DNA of 64,000 nt from Cytophagaceae bacterium (GCA_046290815.1 JBKBUF010000027.1:1-64000); one strand, 5' to 3'; positions 46,804 through 57,882 are shown, counted from the stretch's first letter. The notes: a model not told the origin generated them from the sequence alone. Program-made: numbers and translations.

Positions 46804-47616
46804 TTACATTGCCAACAAGGCTCCTATGATTGAAAAGACAATTGCAATAGAGAACAGGCTGAAAAATATTCCGTACAATAAGATAGAATTTACTACTCTT
46901 AAGATACCGGAATTCCCATATACCGGTTTTATAGAAAGATAAAAATAGATCAGTGTAGTACTGATACCGATAAATACTGCAATATCTTTATTGATCATAT
47001 ACAACGGCAAACAGAGAGTATCACGAAGAAATCCGAATGACATAAAGTACAAACAAAATATAAGGTGTTCTATATAAAATCTGCCTTTTTTGAAATAGTA
47101 CAATTTAAGAACAAAAGCAAAAATAAAGATGATAAAATAAAGGCTTATGGAAAAAGCGTTGTTGGCCGCAAGATTCAGCTCATGGAAAAAGGCTTCCTGT
47201 GTAATTCCGGACTTCTGAATTTTAGTTTGAAGAACATTGTTTACCCAATCAATATTTCCCAACTGCAGAAGATAACTACTTTCAATTGGAGAATAATTAT
47301 CGAAGAAAGAATATACCAGAAAGTTAACAGTGATAATTACCAGGTAGAGTTTAACAGGACTAATGTAAGTACGCTGCTTTCCACTTATGTAATCTATGGT
47401 AAGTTTTCCAGGTTTTAGGACAAGCAGTTTTAATGTATTGAATATTTTAGAATCAAAATCAAAAAGATCATCTGCGAACTCTTTGCTGAACTCTTTTATG
47501 TTGAAGTCCTGACGGTCAAATTTTTTTTGACCGCAGTGATTACAATATAAGCCATCGAAATCTTTTGAGCAGTTATAGCAAGGTTCAGGCTGTCCGGCCA
47601 CGATATTATTCATCAC
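46804..47616 (-). CDS. DUF3667-like protein: an N-terminal zinc ribbon (CYNCSKDFDGLYCNHCGQ) plus a multi-TM domain
   Basis: The CxxC-x9-CxxC N-terminus is followed by ~5 hydrophobic helices. Confidence 0.5.
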   Translation of the reverse strand: MMNNIVAGQPEPCYNCSKDFDGLYCNHCGQKKFDRQDFNIKEFSKEFADDLFDFDSKIFNTLKLLVLKPGKLTIDYISGKQRTYISPVKLYLVIITVNFLVYSFFDNYSPIESSYLLQLGNIDWVNNVLQTKIQKSGITQEAFFHELNLAANNAFSISLYFIIFIFAFVLKLYYFKKGRFYIEHLIFCLYFMSFGFLRDTLCLPLYMINKDIAVFIGISTTLIYFYLSIKPVYGNSGILRVVNSILLYGIFFSLFSIAIVFSIIGALLAM

Positions 47617-47744
47617 TAATTAATAAAACCACATTGAATTTACGATTTTTTCTTGTGGTAAGCTAAGAAATCAGAGTTAGGTACGAAAAAAAATCCCGCA
47701 GTGATTGCGGGATTTCAAATATTATGATTTGATGCACAAAAACA

Positions 47745-48656
47745 TTAATTCTTCACAAACATTCTGCTGCTTTTTGTTCCGTCAGTATAGTTAACAATTA
47801 AAGTATAAACTCCATTGTTCAGGGAAGATACATTAATGGTAGAATTATTGACTTCAAAAGATACCGTTTTACCTAAAGCATCAGAAAAAATCACCGAGGA
47901 AACAGATTTTTCTGTGGTTAAAGTCATAACAGAGCTTGCAGGGTTAGGATAAATATTCATGGTTTTATCCTCGATTGCGCTGTTAACGCCGGTAATCACT
48001 GGTGTTCCATAAGCTGTTACAAAATTCGTCATCATATCTATAGTAAACACAGGATAAACCATTGGACTTACTACATACCAACTATAAGCAGTTACGACGT
48101 TGTCCGTTTTGGAAACTAATCTGGCAACATTGTTATAGGTTCCTATCGGAGTTTTAATTGTTCCATAAGCATCGTAATGGTTAGTGGATGTTTTAGGTGT
48201 TCCATTCTCAGGTGTATAAGAATCATCTACTGATTCATTGTAATTTAAGGGAAAAGTCAGATAAACTCTTGAATCAGTATATTTCACTCCGTCTCCTCCG
48301 CCGATATTATCACCAAGACTTTCTAATTTGTCTGCTGATAAAATATAGTAATTGTATCTTTTGCCAACTATTGGTGCATCTAACTCCCAAGCATAATTTG
48401 AGCTTGGATAATCACCACCATTTGGGGTAGACGCAGGGTTAAGGATTTTTAAAGTACCTCCGGGAGACATGGTAAGACTTGAAAAATCCCAGTTTTGGTC
48501 AGCACCTGCAGGACCTGGATTGGGACCAAACACCATTGTCGCAGAAAAAGGTGCCGAAAATCCTATTGGGGGCATCTTATCCCTTTCGATAACAGGCTGA
48601 GCAAGTGCTGCAGATAAAACAATTGATGCAAAAAATGATAGTAATAGTTTTTTCAT
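47745..48656 (-). CDS. Secreted protein with a T9SS type-A C-terminal sorting domain, 303 aa
   Basis: A signal peptide is present. The C-terminus NIYPNPASSVMTLTTEK..NGVYTLIVNYTDGTKSSRMFVKN is a T9SS CTD. Confidence 0.65.
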   Translation of the reverse strand: MKKLLLSFFASIVLSAALAQPVIERDKMPPIGFSAPFSATMVFGPNPGPAGADQNWDFSSLTMSPGGTLKILNPASTPNGGDYPSSNYAWELDAPIVGKRYNYYILSADKLESLGDNIGGGDGVKYTDSRVYLTFPLNYNESVDDSYTPENGTPKTSTNHYDAYGTIKTPIGTYNNVARLVSKTDNVVTAYSWYVVSPMVYPVFTIDMMTNFVTAYGTPVITGVNSAIEDKTMNIYPNPASSVMTLTTEKSVSSVIFSDALGKTVSFEVNNSTINVSSLNNGVYTLIVNYTDGTKSSRMFVKN

Positions 48657-48712
48657 AGGAGTTTTATATTTTTTCCTTTAAATATACAATAAAAATACTT
48701 TTTAAGCAAAAA

Positions 48713-49330
48713 TTATCTCCGATGCAGCTTAAACGCAATATTTCTTCCCTGCCCCTGCATAATGGCGAGATTTATCCAGCATAAAGCCATTTTTTCAAGC
48801 AATTCCACCTTATCATCACCACCGAAATCAATACAGGAACCGAATCCGATATCATTGGAAAGGTTTTCCGCTATTTGTTTTGCTTTTTTGCTGTTTCCTG
48901 CCATAAACATATCTATTGCCACATCCCCATAAACAGGGTCGGCCATATTTTCATAGCCCGTAGTATTAAAGCATTTCACTACATGCTCGGCACCGGCGAT
49001 TGCCTTCAGAGCATGAAATGCGGTAGCGTATGGTTCAGGTTTTACTCTTACGGCATTCGTGGCATCAATGATCACCTGCTTTGTATCTTTGATTAAAAGT
49101 CCGGCTATTTCAGTTGCTGCATCTGCAGGGGTAGTAATCACTATGATGTCGGCACTTTTTAATGCGTCTTTAAGACCAGCCATATGACTTCCTTTCACCT
49201 TTTCAGCTGCAGCCATGGCTTTTGCAGAATGAGGATCGCGTACTCCGAAAGTAATTTTATGACCGGCTTTTGCCCAGCCTGTAGCTAAAGCAGTACCTAC
49301 ATTGCCGGAACCGATGATTGAAATGTTCAT
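48713..49330 (-). CDS. NADP-dependent oxidoreductase of the F420-dependent NADP reductase-like (NpdG/ProC-like) Rossmann family. The likely start is MNISIIGSG, and the ORF is open to 49360.
   Basis: The dinucleotide-binding motif is ISIIGSGNVGTALATGWAKAGHKITFGVR. The overall length is ~205 aa. Confidence 0.65.
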   Translation of the reverse strand: MNISIIGSGNVGTALATGWAKAGHKITFGVRDPHSAKAMAAAEKVKGSHMAGLKDALKSADIIVITTPADAATEIAGLLIKDTKQVIIDATNAVRVKPEPYATAFHALKAIAGAEHVVKCFNTTGYENMADPVYGDVAIDMFMAGNSKKAKQIAENLSNDIGFGSCIDFGGDDKVELLEKMALCWINLAIMQGQGRNIAFKLHRR

Positions 49331-49463
49331 AGCAGATAAATTTTGGATAGAAATATACAAAATAAAGCATGAACCAAATAACTAATGGAATCATTATAAA
49401 TAATCTTTTAAACAAAAAAGGCACTCCAATGGAGTGCCCCAAAAATTATATATGAATAAAAGA

Positions 49464-52130
49464 TTATTTCCTGATAAAAGGGAGATACTTTATCCCATAT
49501 TCAGTCATAAGTTTAATAATGTAATGACCCGAATCAAAGCCGGTAAGATCAACAGTGATAATCTGATTGTTAAGTACAAAAGGAACATTTGTGGATTTTC
49601 CCATAACATCTGTTACTACCACCGCTGCGGGCTTACCATTATTATCATTTCCAGAGATATAGATTACATCTGACTCTGTAGGATTTGGAAAAACCGAAAC
49701 AATATTATTTTGAGAGTGATCTGCGCCTGTGGCAATGTCAATAGTAAGGATTTCACTAGCCGTTCCGAAATAATTCTGATGTGCAATTTCAGCATATACA
49801 GAATACATACCCGGGTTGACAGGTAATTCATCCGATCCATTGTATGTTATATGGTATTGAAGATCTTCAGGAGATGTAATGACTGTAACCGCTTTAGGAG
49901 TACCGTCAAAAGTTTGTTGCAGATTAGAAAAATAAATATCAGCCGGAGCCTTTGTAATTTTCAACACTCCATTTACAAAAGTAAAATCATAATTATTATC
50001 TAATCCACCAGAAAATGAAATTACATAATCTCCAGTATTGCTTAAAGCATTGGCAGATGTATTTATTTGAGGCAATTCATCAAGCACTTGATCTGATTCT
50101 GCATTTACGAATCCGGATATCTCAAAAGTAAGTTCTGGAATCTGAAATCCAAAAATTTTGGTCTTATTATCTGCTGTTACAGTAAGCATTTTTTTATTTA
50201 TGGTAAGGACTATCTCCTTACTTGAAGAAATGTAATTATCATCTTCCAATACCACCGCAGAAATATTCACTGTTCCTGCATTTAAAATCCTAATTTCAGA
50301 ACCAGACAATTCTACCTGGCCTGTACCACCCGGGAGAACTTCATAATATATATCACCGGTAGAATTGGAAGACGCTAATAGAGTGAATGGAACATCTCCA
50401 TATGTTTTAGATATGTTATCAAATATTATTTCAGGATATTCTTTTACTGTAACCATTGAAGTCAATTCTTCACCTTCTCCGCATTCATTAAATGCAAGTA
50501 CATTAATAGTTCCGTTTGCAGCATTCTGATCTATATTTACAATTACTGTATTTGTGCCCTCACCGGAAACAATCACAAAACCCTCCGGAAACTCCCAGGC
50601 AAAAACAACTCCTGGTATACTTTTCACTTTAAAGACAACATCAGACTGATTCCTCAAAACTGATAAAGGAAAATTCAATTTCTCAGGTTTTACAGGAAGA
50701 TTACATATCGAGAGCAGGAAACCATCGTTATTCGGAAACCCATTAGTTGAAGGAGAAGTAAATAAAGCTGCTCCTGCAGTCGGATCAAGATCTATTGTTT
50801 CCTGAAAACTACCGGCAAGATAAATCTTGTCTTCAGATGCTATTATACCGTATAAAAATTCCCTTTTTGTTCCACCGATTGTAAAATGAGCAATATACTT
50901 TCCGTCACTAGTATACCTGGCATAGAAAATATCATCTTCCCCATGAGAACCTGATACTGCCAATCCCAGTCCGGCATCAAAATCGATAGTAGTACTAAAC
51001 TTCCCTGCCAGATGTATCTCATTATTTGAAAAATCGATCTTCTGAATGTGTGCATTAGAATAATTGCCATTGGGTTCTTTAAAACTAATAATCCAGTTAT
51101 AGTTGCCGGATGCATCATATTTTGCAAGGAATGCCACTTCACCAACAACAGACAAATTTGCCACTGAAGCCGAAGGATCAAAATCAGTAGTACCCATAGT
51201 TCTGCCCCCTATAAAAATATTCAATGACTCATCTATTCTGACAGATAAAATATCAACTATAAAATCACTGTTTATTACCTTTCCCCAGGCGAAACTTCCC
51301 TCAGAATTATATTTTGCAAAAAACGAAGAGTTGACTCCCGTACGGCTTACTTCAAAAACCTCCTGTGAAGGGTCCAAATCAATCTTTGCACTGGGGAAAC
51401 TTGCAGCGAGTAATACGTTTCCTGACAGATCCAATTCAATAGAGCCGAAATTTTCAAGACCTGAACCTCCAAACCCATGCCCCCAAAGAAAATCTCCTGT
51501 AGCATTATATTTTGCCAAAAATACATCTACACTTCCGTAGGCAGGAGTTGTAGTCACACCTGCACCGGGATCCAGATCAATTGCACCCGAATAATTTCCG
51601 GCAAGGAAAATATCACCATTCTTATCGGACAATATTTTCAGATCAACATTTACCAGTTGTGCACTTATAAACTTGCCCCAAATTAAAGAAGCATCAGGGG
51701 CATATTTTGCCATAAAGAATCCATTTGATGTAGAAGGTTTTAAAACTTCATTGGAGAAATCAATATCAAAATTAGATGATGCATAATATCCTGCGACAAG
51801 AATATTGTTATCCTTATCAATAGTTAAATCCATAGGACCACCGTTACCTGATTCAAATGTTTTAAAAAAAATTTCTGTACCAACAGAATTGTTTTTTGCT
51901 AAATAACCTCTTCCCTGTTTGTCACCAACAGTAAGGATAGTGCCATCAGTTGACTTATCAGCCTGTCTTACCCTCTCCCCGCTACCCTCCCCGGCAACAA
52001 CAGATGCCCATTTAAAATTAAACTGTGCATGAGCATTCGTTATTCCGAATAGCAAGAGCATGAAAAAAATTATGCTTCGAATATTTTTACAAAAAATATT
52101 AAAACTGTTTGCTTGTAGATTATTATTCAT
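49464..52130 (-). CDS. Large T9SS cargo protein: N-terminal SBBP-type beta-propeller repeats, an MBG domain, and a T9SS type-A CTD
   Basis: SBBP-like repeats recur (..FLAKYNATGDFLWGHGFGGSGLENFGS..). The MBG-like block is ..TADNKTKIFGFQIPELTFEISGF..GDYVISFSGGLDNNYDFTFVNGVLKITKA... The C-terminus VFPNPTESDVIYISGND..GHYIIKLMTEYGIKYLPFIRK is a T9SS CTD. Confidence 0.75.
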   Translation of the reverse strand: MNNNLQANSFNIFCKNIRSIIFFMLLLFGITNAHAQFNFKWASVVAGEGSGERVRQADKSTDGTILTVGDKQGRGYLAKNNSVGTEIFFKTFESGNGGPMDLTIDKDNNILVAGYYASSNFDIDFSNEVLKPSTSNGFFMAKYAPDASLIWGKFISAQLVNVDLKILSDKNGDIFLAGNYSGAIDLDPGAGVTTTPAYGSVDVFLAKYNATGDFLWGHGFGGSGLENFGSIELDLSGNVLLAASFPSAKIDLDPSQEVFEVSRTGVNSSFFAKYNSEGSFAWGKVINSDFIVDILSVRIDESLNIFIGGRTMGTTDFDPSASVANLSVVGEVAFLAKYDASGNYNWIISFKEPNGNYSNAHIQKIDFSNNEIHLAGKFSTTIDFDAGLGLAVSGSHGEDDIFYARYTSDGKYIAHFTIGGTKREFLYGIIASEDKIYLAGSFQETIDLDPTAGAALFTSPSTNGFPNNDGFLLSICNLPVKPEKLNFPLSVLRNQSDVVFKVKSIPGVVFAWEFPEGFVIVSGEGTNTVIVNIDQNAANGTINVLAFNECGEGEELTSMVTVKEYPEIIFDNISKTYGDVPFTLLASSNSTGDIYYEVLPGGTGQVELSGSEIRILNAGTVNISAVVLEDDNYISSSKEIVLTINKKMLTVTADNKTKIFGFQIPELTFEISGFVNAESDQVLDELPQINTSANALSNTGDYVISFSGGLDNNYDFTFVNGVLKITKAPADIYFSNLQQTFDGTPKAVTVITSPEDLQYHITYNGSDELPVNPGMYSVYAEIAHQNYFGTASEILTIDIATGADHSQNNIVSVFPNPTESDVIYISGNDNNGKPAAVVVTDVMGKSTNVPFVLNNQIITVDLTGFDSGHYIIKLMTEYGIKYLPFIRK

Positions 52131-52286
52131 ACGTGTTCTATGTTTTAATTAATAATCAAAACTATCAGATTATAATAGAAATTTAAATAGGATTCAATAC
52201 TCAAATTATATAGGTAGTGCTACCCAAAAAAAAGCTTTCCCGAATTGGATCAGGAAAGCTTTTCATTAAATTAGTTATGTGATAGG

Positions 52287-53162
52287 TTATTTAACAACAA
52301 GCTTATCCTTTTTTAGGAGACCATTTCCATCGCTGCAAATAAGGAAGTAGATTCCTGATTTTAATTCGCTCAGATTAATTACATCAGCTGACCCGATTGT
52401 CTTTACAATTTCAATTCTTCCTTCCAACGAAGTAATTTTTATTTCCAGGTTATCAAGTCCATTGTAATTAATATTTAAAGTTTCATAGGCTGGATTTGGA
52501 TAAAATGAAATATCAAAAGACGTACCTAATGAAGAGGAGGTTGTAACAGGAGTTTTTACTTCAACAGTGTCACTTCTGTTATAGAGTCCGGTGAAAAAAT
52601 CTACCACCTCAATAAAATAAAAATAAGTGGTATTAGGCTGCAGTTCATTTTCAGAAAAGGAGGTCTGGTTAAATACGGCATTATTATTTTCATACGGACC
52701 TAGCAAATTATTGGCTCTATAAATTCTGAATACCAGGTTTTGATTCGGCTGGAATGTATAATCCCAGGTCAGGTTTACTTTGGTATCAGAAACAGCAGTA
52801 GCAGTAAGATGTTCTGGTTTTACAGGTCTTGCCCAGGTTGTTTCATGATAAACTTCAGAATAGCTGCTAAACCCGCCTGCAATAAATGAAACAATTCTGT
52901 AATAATACAAAACCCCTTCCTCCAGATCCTGGTCTTCATAATAATCCAATGATGGGGGTACAGGACCAATTATTTGTTGCCAATTTTCTCCATCTAAAGA
53001 CCGCTCAATAAAATATCCGTCTTCATCCTGAGTATCATCAATCCAATAAATACTGATTGAAGAGATAGATGTCGAATTAAGAAAAACATCGTTTGGCGCC
53101 ATTGGTTGTGCAACAGCGGTAAACGAAACAAAAATGAATAGTGCGTAAAAAATTTTTCTCAT
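52287..53162 (-). CDS. Fibronectin type III-domain protein with a T9SS type-A CTD
   Basis: It has a signal peptide and two FN3-like modules (..SISIYWIDDTQDEDGYFIERSLDG.., ..VNLTWDYTF..FRIYRAN..). The C-terminus FYPNPAYETLNINYNG..GIYFLICSDGNGLLKKDKLVVK is a T9SS CTD. Confidence 0.7.
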   Translation of the reverse strand: MRKIFYALFIFVSFTAVAQPMAPNDVFLNSTSISSISIYWIDDTQDEDGYFIERSLDGENWQQIIGPVPPSLDYYEDQDLEEGVLYYYRIVSFIAGGFSSYSEVYHETTWARPVKPEHLTATAVSDTKVNLTWDYTFQPNQNLVFRIYRANNLLGPYENNNAVFNQTSFSENELQPNTTYFYFIEVVDFFTGLYNRSDTVEVKTPVTTSSSLGTSFDISFYPNPAYETLNINYNGLDNLEIKITSLEGRIEIVKTIGSADVINLSELKSGIYFLICSDGNGLLKKDKLVVK

Positions 53163-53313
53163 AAAAGTAAAATAAAAATGTATTTAAAAATTTGACAAAA
53201 AAACCCCGGTATGCCTTTAACAGCGATACCGGAATCCCAATTACTCAAAACACAGTACAATATTAATTTTTAAAAAATAAAAAGCATCCTGCCTTGACCT
53301 GCTCTAAGGCATT

Positions 53314-56300
53314 TTACATCTTGTGTACCTTGTAAATCCTGGTGTTATCTTTAGAGCTCAGATGAAGAAAATAAATACCCACAGGAAACTCAGAGCCAAA
53401 ATTTAAAATCTGACTTGTGCTTAATTTTCCGGAAGAAAATATTTCTACACCTTCAACTGAAAAAACAGAAATAGAAACTTCTTCTCCATCCGGAATTACC
53501 AATTTTATATAAATCTGATCAGAAAACGGATTTGGATAGATCTCAGCATTCACAGTCAACTCAAATGTCACAATTATAATGTTGCTATAGGTCCTGGTTC
53601 CGTTATAATCTACCTGAGTAAGCCTGTAATAAGCCTGAACTGAAGGAACATTGTGATCTGTAAAATCATATTGTGAAACTGACTGACTGTTACCTTTACC
53701 TTGTACCAATCCGATCTGATAATAATTCTTCCCATCAAAAGACCGTTCCACGATGAAATTCCTGTTGTCTTTTTCCCAGGCAGTAGACCAAAATAATAAT
53801 GCATTTTCACCAGATGAAAATCCGGAGAATGAAAGTAATTCTACAGGAGTTGTTCCATCACAACTTACAAATACCTCACCAGCAGGATCAGGTGTAACCC
53901 CCAGTATTTTTGCATATGCAGTATTTTTTATTTGTGATGCACATGTTGAAACAGTTCCGGACCAGGAATAAACTATCACTTCATTTGCTAATACCGGGCC
54001 AGAGATTGTCTGCCAGGTAACAGTACCCGCTAAATTTGATCCGGAATAATTATTACCATTATGTAAAGCATTGGCTGCAGATACAAAGGTGATCTGCGAA
54101 GGTATCGGGTCTGTCATCTGTAATAGAAAACCTGAATCGAGATGTGTGTACCAGTTACTAATTCGTGCACCTGCATCCCCGGTTGTGGTTTTTACACCGG
54201 CATAGCCTGCATGTACAGGTAATCCTGTAAAGGAAAATGTAGGAGACCCCGGCAATACGGCGTTAGGTACTGCCACCCAAATATTAGCAGCTCCGTTTAC
54301 CAGCTGAATCTGGAAATCAAAAGAAGTGGATGCTGCTGTTGCAAAAGGCACTGTTTGAGCCGAACCTATTTCCACATCTCCCGGCATACTAAACACCCTT
54401 ACCTGTACATTATTACCTGTTTGTGGCCTGAAATAAAATTCTATCCATGAAGTTCCATTATGTCTTGCAATAATCCGGTAGGTTCTGTCAATAGGAATTG
54501 AAAACGTCCCTCTGATGGTACCATTTGTTCCATGAGAATACCTGTGCGTCCAGGATCTCGTATTCCACGTTGTACTTACAAGACTTATTTCTGTAGGATT
54601 ATTCAATACTATATTATTTCCGCCTTCTCTGATATTCCAGTCAGCGGTAGTCATATTTCCTTGTACAACCGTGCCATCAAGATTTGTATAAGTGATGGTA
54701 TATGTGATGGACTCTCCTGAGCCATAAACTGCTTTATCGGCAGTTTTGGTCATGGAAGGAGAAGTAATAGTTACAGGCGTGCAACTTACCTGAGTTTTAA
54801 CAGAATCTCTTGCCATCGGTTCTCTATCGGCCTCAGCTGTTGCTTTATTTTCAAATTCAGAAGGATCAGGATCATCAGGACAACCAAAATAAGAAGCGTC
54901 ATTTACCCTTACCCAAAATTTATAGACAATAGAATCTCCTATGTTTAACTGAGCAATCGTTGGCCAGGTAATAACATTTCCTGCCAATGTACCTGTCGGA
55001 TATCCGGTGAAATAATTCACAAAGGAAACATGATCAGGGAGAATGTCTTTTACAATTATGTTAGTAAGCTCCCTGCCCGTTACAGGTGCATTACCATAAG
55101 CTCTTCTCCAGGTATATCCATCCCACTCTTCCACCAACTGCCTGGTCAAAGCAGCAACGGTACCGTTGCAGTAACCAGGATGATGCGTAGTTACAGGCAA
55201 ATCCGGATTGGCAGGATCTGTCCAGTCATTTCCAATGGGATAATAAGGTGAAACTGCAGCCATTGAAGCAGCAGGTTCTGCCGACCAGTCGGTAGTATAG
55301 TCTACTGCCACTCCCGCATTAATATCATAAACAACTCTTTGAGGTGCAACAGCCCCTTCATGGATATACATTGGCTGATTGTTATACCATTCAAGATGGA
55401 GATATGGCTGAGCTTTCTGATCAGGAAAATTCAGCATAACACGATGATTCCAGGTAGCACCAACAGGAAGTACCTGACTCGAATAAGTAGGTGCAGGCGT
55501 GCAACCCTGATTATATATCAGGGTATAAGAATATGCAGGGGGACCTGGTTTTTTCATATAATATGATACCCTGTAATTTCTGTAGTTTATCACAGGCTCA
55601 TGAGCTGCTTGGAACACTCTGTATTTTAAAGTCAGGATAGAAGGATGATTGGTAAGCCCTGAGTGCGCGGAAGTAATCTTCACTCCCGGTCTTCCTCCAT
55701 TGAGGAAAGGAACAGGATTGTTTTTTACTACAATTGTATAAGAAATTGTGTCACCAACCATAACAACAGGTTTACTTGCCCTCTTTCTTATTGACAATGG
55801 TTTTTCAGTAAGTATATCCACACAATTTCTTTCCATAACATCTGTAATATTATTTGGATATTCATTACTTATCCATCCATATCCATTACTACATGAGATG
55901 GTGGCTGAATTGCATAATCTTCCTGTTGCAGCTGCTGTTACTCTTACCTGTAAGGTTACCGATCCCATGGTAGATGAAAGACCATTGGTAACAAATCCGG
56001 GTACAGCACCGATATTCCATGTCACAGTACTTCCTGCCGCAGTGCCACCATTAGAGGCTGATACAAATGCAAGTCCGGCAGGTAAGTTATCTGTAATGAC
56101 AACGTTAGCGGCTGAAGTTTTGGAATAGTTTCTATAGGATATGGTATATGTTAAAATGTCTCCTTCGTAAGCATAAGTTTTATCTACTGCTTTATAGACC
56201 TTCATATTTGCTTTGGACGAAATGTTTTCACCTTCCAGAATATCCATAGGATCATGATGATTACCTGTTAGTACAAGCATACCAAGGAGACGGAACCATT

Positions 56301-57882
56301 CATGGAAGTAACCTGGCATACCGTCAAGATATTTCTGTACAGCCGGTGTTGTTTTATCTTGATTGGAGGGATCCCACTTCACAACACATTCTCTGACCAT
56401 TTCGGCCATAAGATCAAAGTCCTGAGAAACTACTGCTGCCGGAGCACCTGTACCATGAGCCCAGTTGATGGGATAAAATCTTGCAGGTGGCGGGCCTGGT
56501 GCAGGAGCTTTCGACCCGTCAGGATTATATTGAGCAAGCACTAGCGGAGTGCCACAATAAGGCAGGCCTTCCATCACTTCCGGTGAATTACTTGCATGAT
56601 ATGCATGAGGGTTTTTTAAAAAATTCGCAAAACGCAATGCCATATCATATTCATAAGTATTCGTTCCCGGCACAGCCTGATGTGTTACCGGATCCCATGT
56701 CAGCTGCGGTGCTCCGTTCCACAAGTAATTCAGGATTGTTCTCCAACCGTATCTGAAATCTTCTCCGTCAACAAAGCTTTTGAAACTGGCCGTCTTTGTA
56801 TTTTCATCAATTCCTACCACTCCTGCCCAAGGTATCAATCCCTGAGCATATGCCTGTCCTATTGTCCAGTCATCAGACGCTTCTCCTCTTCGGAATTGGT
56901 TAACAAGAAAGGCAGGCAAACCTTCTGCCTGCAACATATCTCCAAAAGATCTGAAATATGCCGGTGCGGCATAATCTACATAGGTATTATAACCACCATC
57001 ACATGCAGTTCCACAATATGCCGGACCGGGATTCAAAGGAGTGTAACCCATATATCCGCCATTGGCCCAAGTGGTAATTTCTTTTGTTACATCACCATCT
57101 TTTCTATAGCCATCAAAACCTATCACCCCTGGTTTATGTGTTCCCCAGGGAGTAGGTACAGGTTCTACCATAGCTTTAATAAACTTTATAGCTTCATTCT
57201 TATAAGTTACAGGCGTGCCGTCACAAGGATTTATGCAAATAACTCCATTATCTCCCCATTGCTTCCACGCCATGAGCAATGCCAGAGCGACATCTTCATT
57301 TCCATCCAATGCAGCACCGCCATAAATACCACCACCATTTACACTGGTTAAAGTCCAGTTGTTATTAAATTTATCACCTGCTCCTGAAAGACCAGGATTA
57401 CCAAAAGTATAAGGGGGATTGGTTACACAATCAACAAACCGGGTTGCTTCCTGAAACTGCCTGTCATGAATATACATGTAGTATCCGTCGAAGGTAGCTT
57501 TATCCGCCATATATGCGGCAGCAAGAAGATAATACCCATCTCCTTCAACACAGTGGCAATGACCGATGTCATTAGAGGGAGTATGATTAGGGGCAATGTA
57601 TTTAACACCTGCGACAGTCACAGGTGCAAAATTAGCACCCACATTGTACGTCATATTATTGCAAAGTATCTTATAGGCATCCCTAATTCTTTGCTCCATT
57701 TCTGCATGAGTAACTCCAACCGGATTTTTATGCGCCAGGTTTTCAATACCACCGGTATATCCCAGAAACTGGGGAAACGGATAATTAGGATTTCCCGTGT
57801 TTATATTTGCAGGAACCTGCGACCTAACAGCAAAAACCGGAAAAATAAATAATATAAAAATGAAATATCTGTAACCCTTCAT
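53314..57882 (-). CDS. Giant (~1520 aa) T9SS cargo protein: an N-terminal GH8-like (alpha/alpha)6 glycoside hydrolase domain, DUF11-type repeat domains, and a T9SS type-A CTD. The likely start is the internal MKGYRYFIFILFIFPVFAVRSQ.
   Basis: GH8-like motifs are present: CVEGDGYYLLAAAYMAD (compare SEGQ(S/G)YGM) and ALDGNEDVALALLMAWKQWGD (compare (D/A)xD(G/A)D..IA.AL..A...W). Repeated Ig-like segments carry ..ITDNLPAGLAFVS.. The C-terminus is AEIYPNPFSDQIYIKL..GIYFLHLSSKDNTRIYKVHKM. Confidence 0.7.
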   Translation of the reverse strand: MKGYRYFIFILFIFPVFAVRSQVPANINTGNPNYPFPQFLGYTGGIENLAHKNPVGVTHAEMEQRIRDAYKILCNNMTYNVGANFAPVTVAGVKYIAPNHTPSNDIGHCHCVEGDGYYLLAAAYMADKATFDGYYMYIHDRQFQEATRFVDCVTNPPYTFGNPGLSGAGDKFNNNWTLTSVNGGGIYGGAALDGNEDVALALLMAWKQWGDNGVICINPCDGTPVTYKNEAIKFIKAMVEPVPTPWGTHKPGVIGFDGYRKDGDVTKEITTWANGGYMGYTPLNPGPAYCGTACDGGYNTYVDYAAPAYFRSFGDMLQAEGLPAFLVNQFRRGEASDDWTIGQAYAQGLIPWAGVVGIDENTKTASFKSFVDGEDFRYGWRTILNYLWNGAPQLTWDPVTHQAVPGTNTYEYDMALRFANFLKNPHAYHASNSPEVMEGLPYCGTPLVLAQYNPDGSKAPAPGPPPARFYPINWAHGTGAPAAVVSQDFDLMAEMVRECVVKWDPSNQDKTTPAVQKYLDGMPGYFHEWFRLLGMLVLTGNHHDPMDILEGENISSKANMKVYKAVDKTYAYEGDILTYTISYRNYSKTSAANVVITDNLPAGLAFVSASNGGTAAGSTVTWNIGAVPGFVTNGLSSTMGSVTLQVRVTAAATGRLCNSATISCSNGYGWISNEYPNNITDVMERNCVDILTEKPLSIRKRASKPVVMVGDTISYTIVVKNNPVPFLNGGRPGVKITSAHSGLTNHPSILTLKYRVFQAAHEPVINYRNYRVSYYMKKPGPPAYSYTLIYNQGCTPAPTYSSQVLPVGATWNHRVMLNFPDQKAQPYLHLEWYNNQPMYIHEGAVAPQRVVYDINAGVAVDYTTDWSAEPAASMAAVSPYYPIGNDWTDPANPDLPVTTHHPGYCNGTVAALTRQLVEEWDGYTWRRAYGNAPVTGRELTNIIVKDILPDHVSFVNYFTGYPTGTLAGNVITWPTIAQLNIGDSIVYKFWVRVNDASYFGCPDDPDPSEFENKATAEADREPMARDSVKTQVSCTPVTITSPSMTKTADKAVYGSGESITYTITYTNLDGTVVQGNMTTADWNIREGGNNIVLNNPTEISLVSTTWNTRSWTHRYSHGTNGTIRGTFSIPIDRTYRIIARHNGTSWIEFYFRPQTGNNVQVRVFSMPGDVEIGSAQTVPFATAASTSFDFQIQLVNGAANIWVAVPNAVLPGSPTFSFTGLPVHAGYAGVKTTTGDAGARISNWYTHLDSGFLLQMTDPIPSQITFVSAANALHNGNNYSGSNLAGTVTWQTISGPVLANEVIVYSWSGTVSTCASQIKNTAYAKILGVTPDPAGEVFVSCDGTTPVELLSFSGFSSGENALLFWSTAWEKDNRNFIVERSFDGKNYYQIGLVQGKGNSQSVSQYDFTDHNVPSVQAYYRLTQVDYNGTRTYSNIIIVTFELTVNAEIYPNPFSDQIYIKLVIPDGEEVSISVFSVEGVEIFSSGKLSTSQILNFGSEFPVGIYFLHLSSKDNTRIYKVHKM

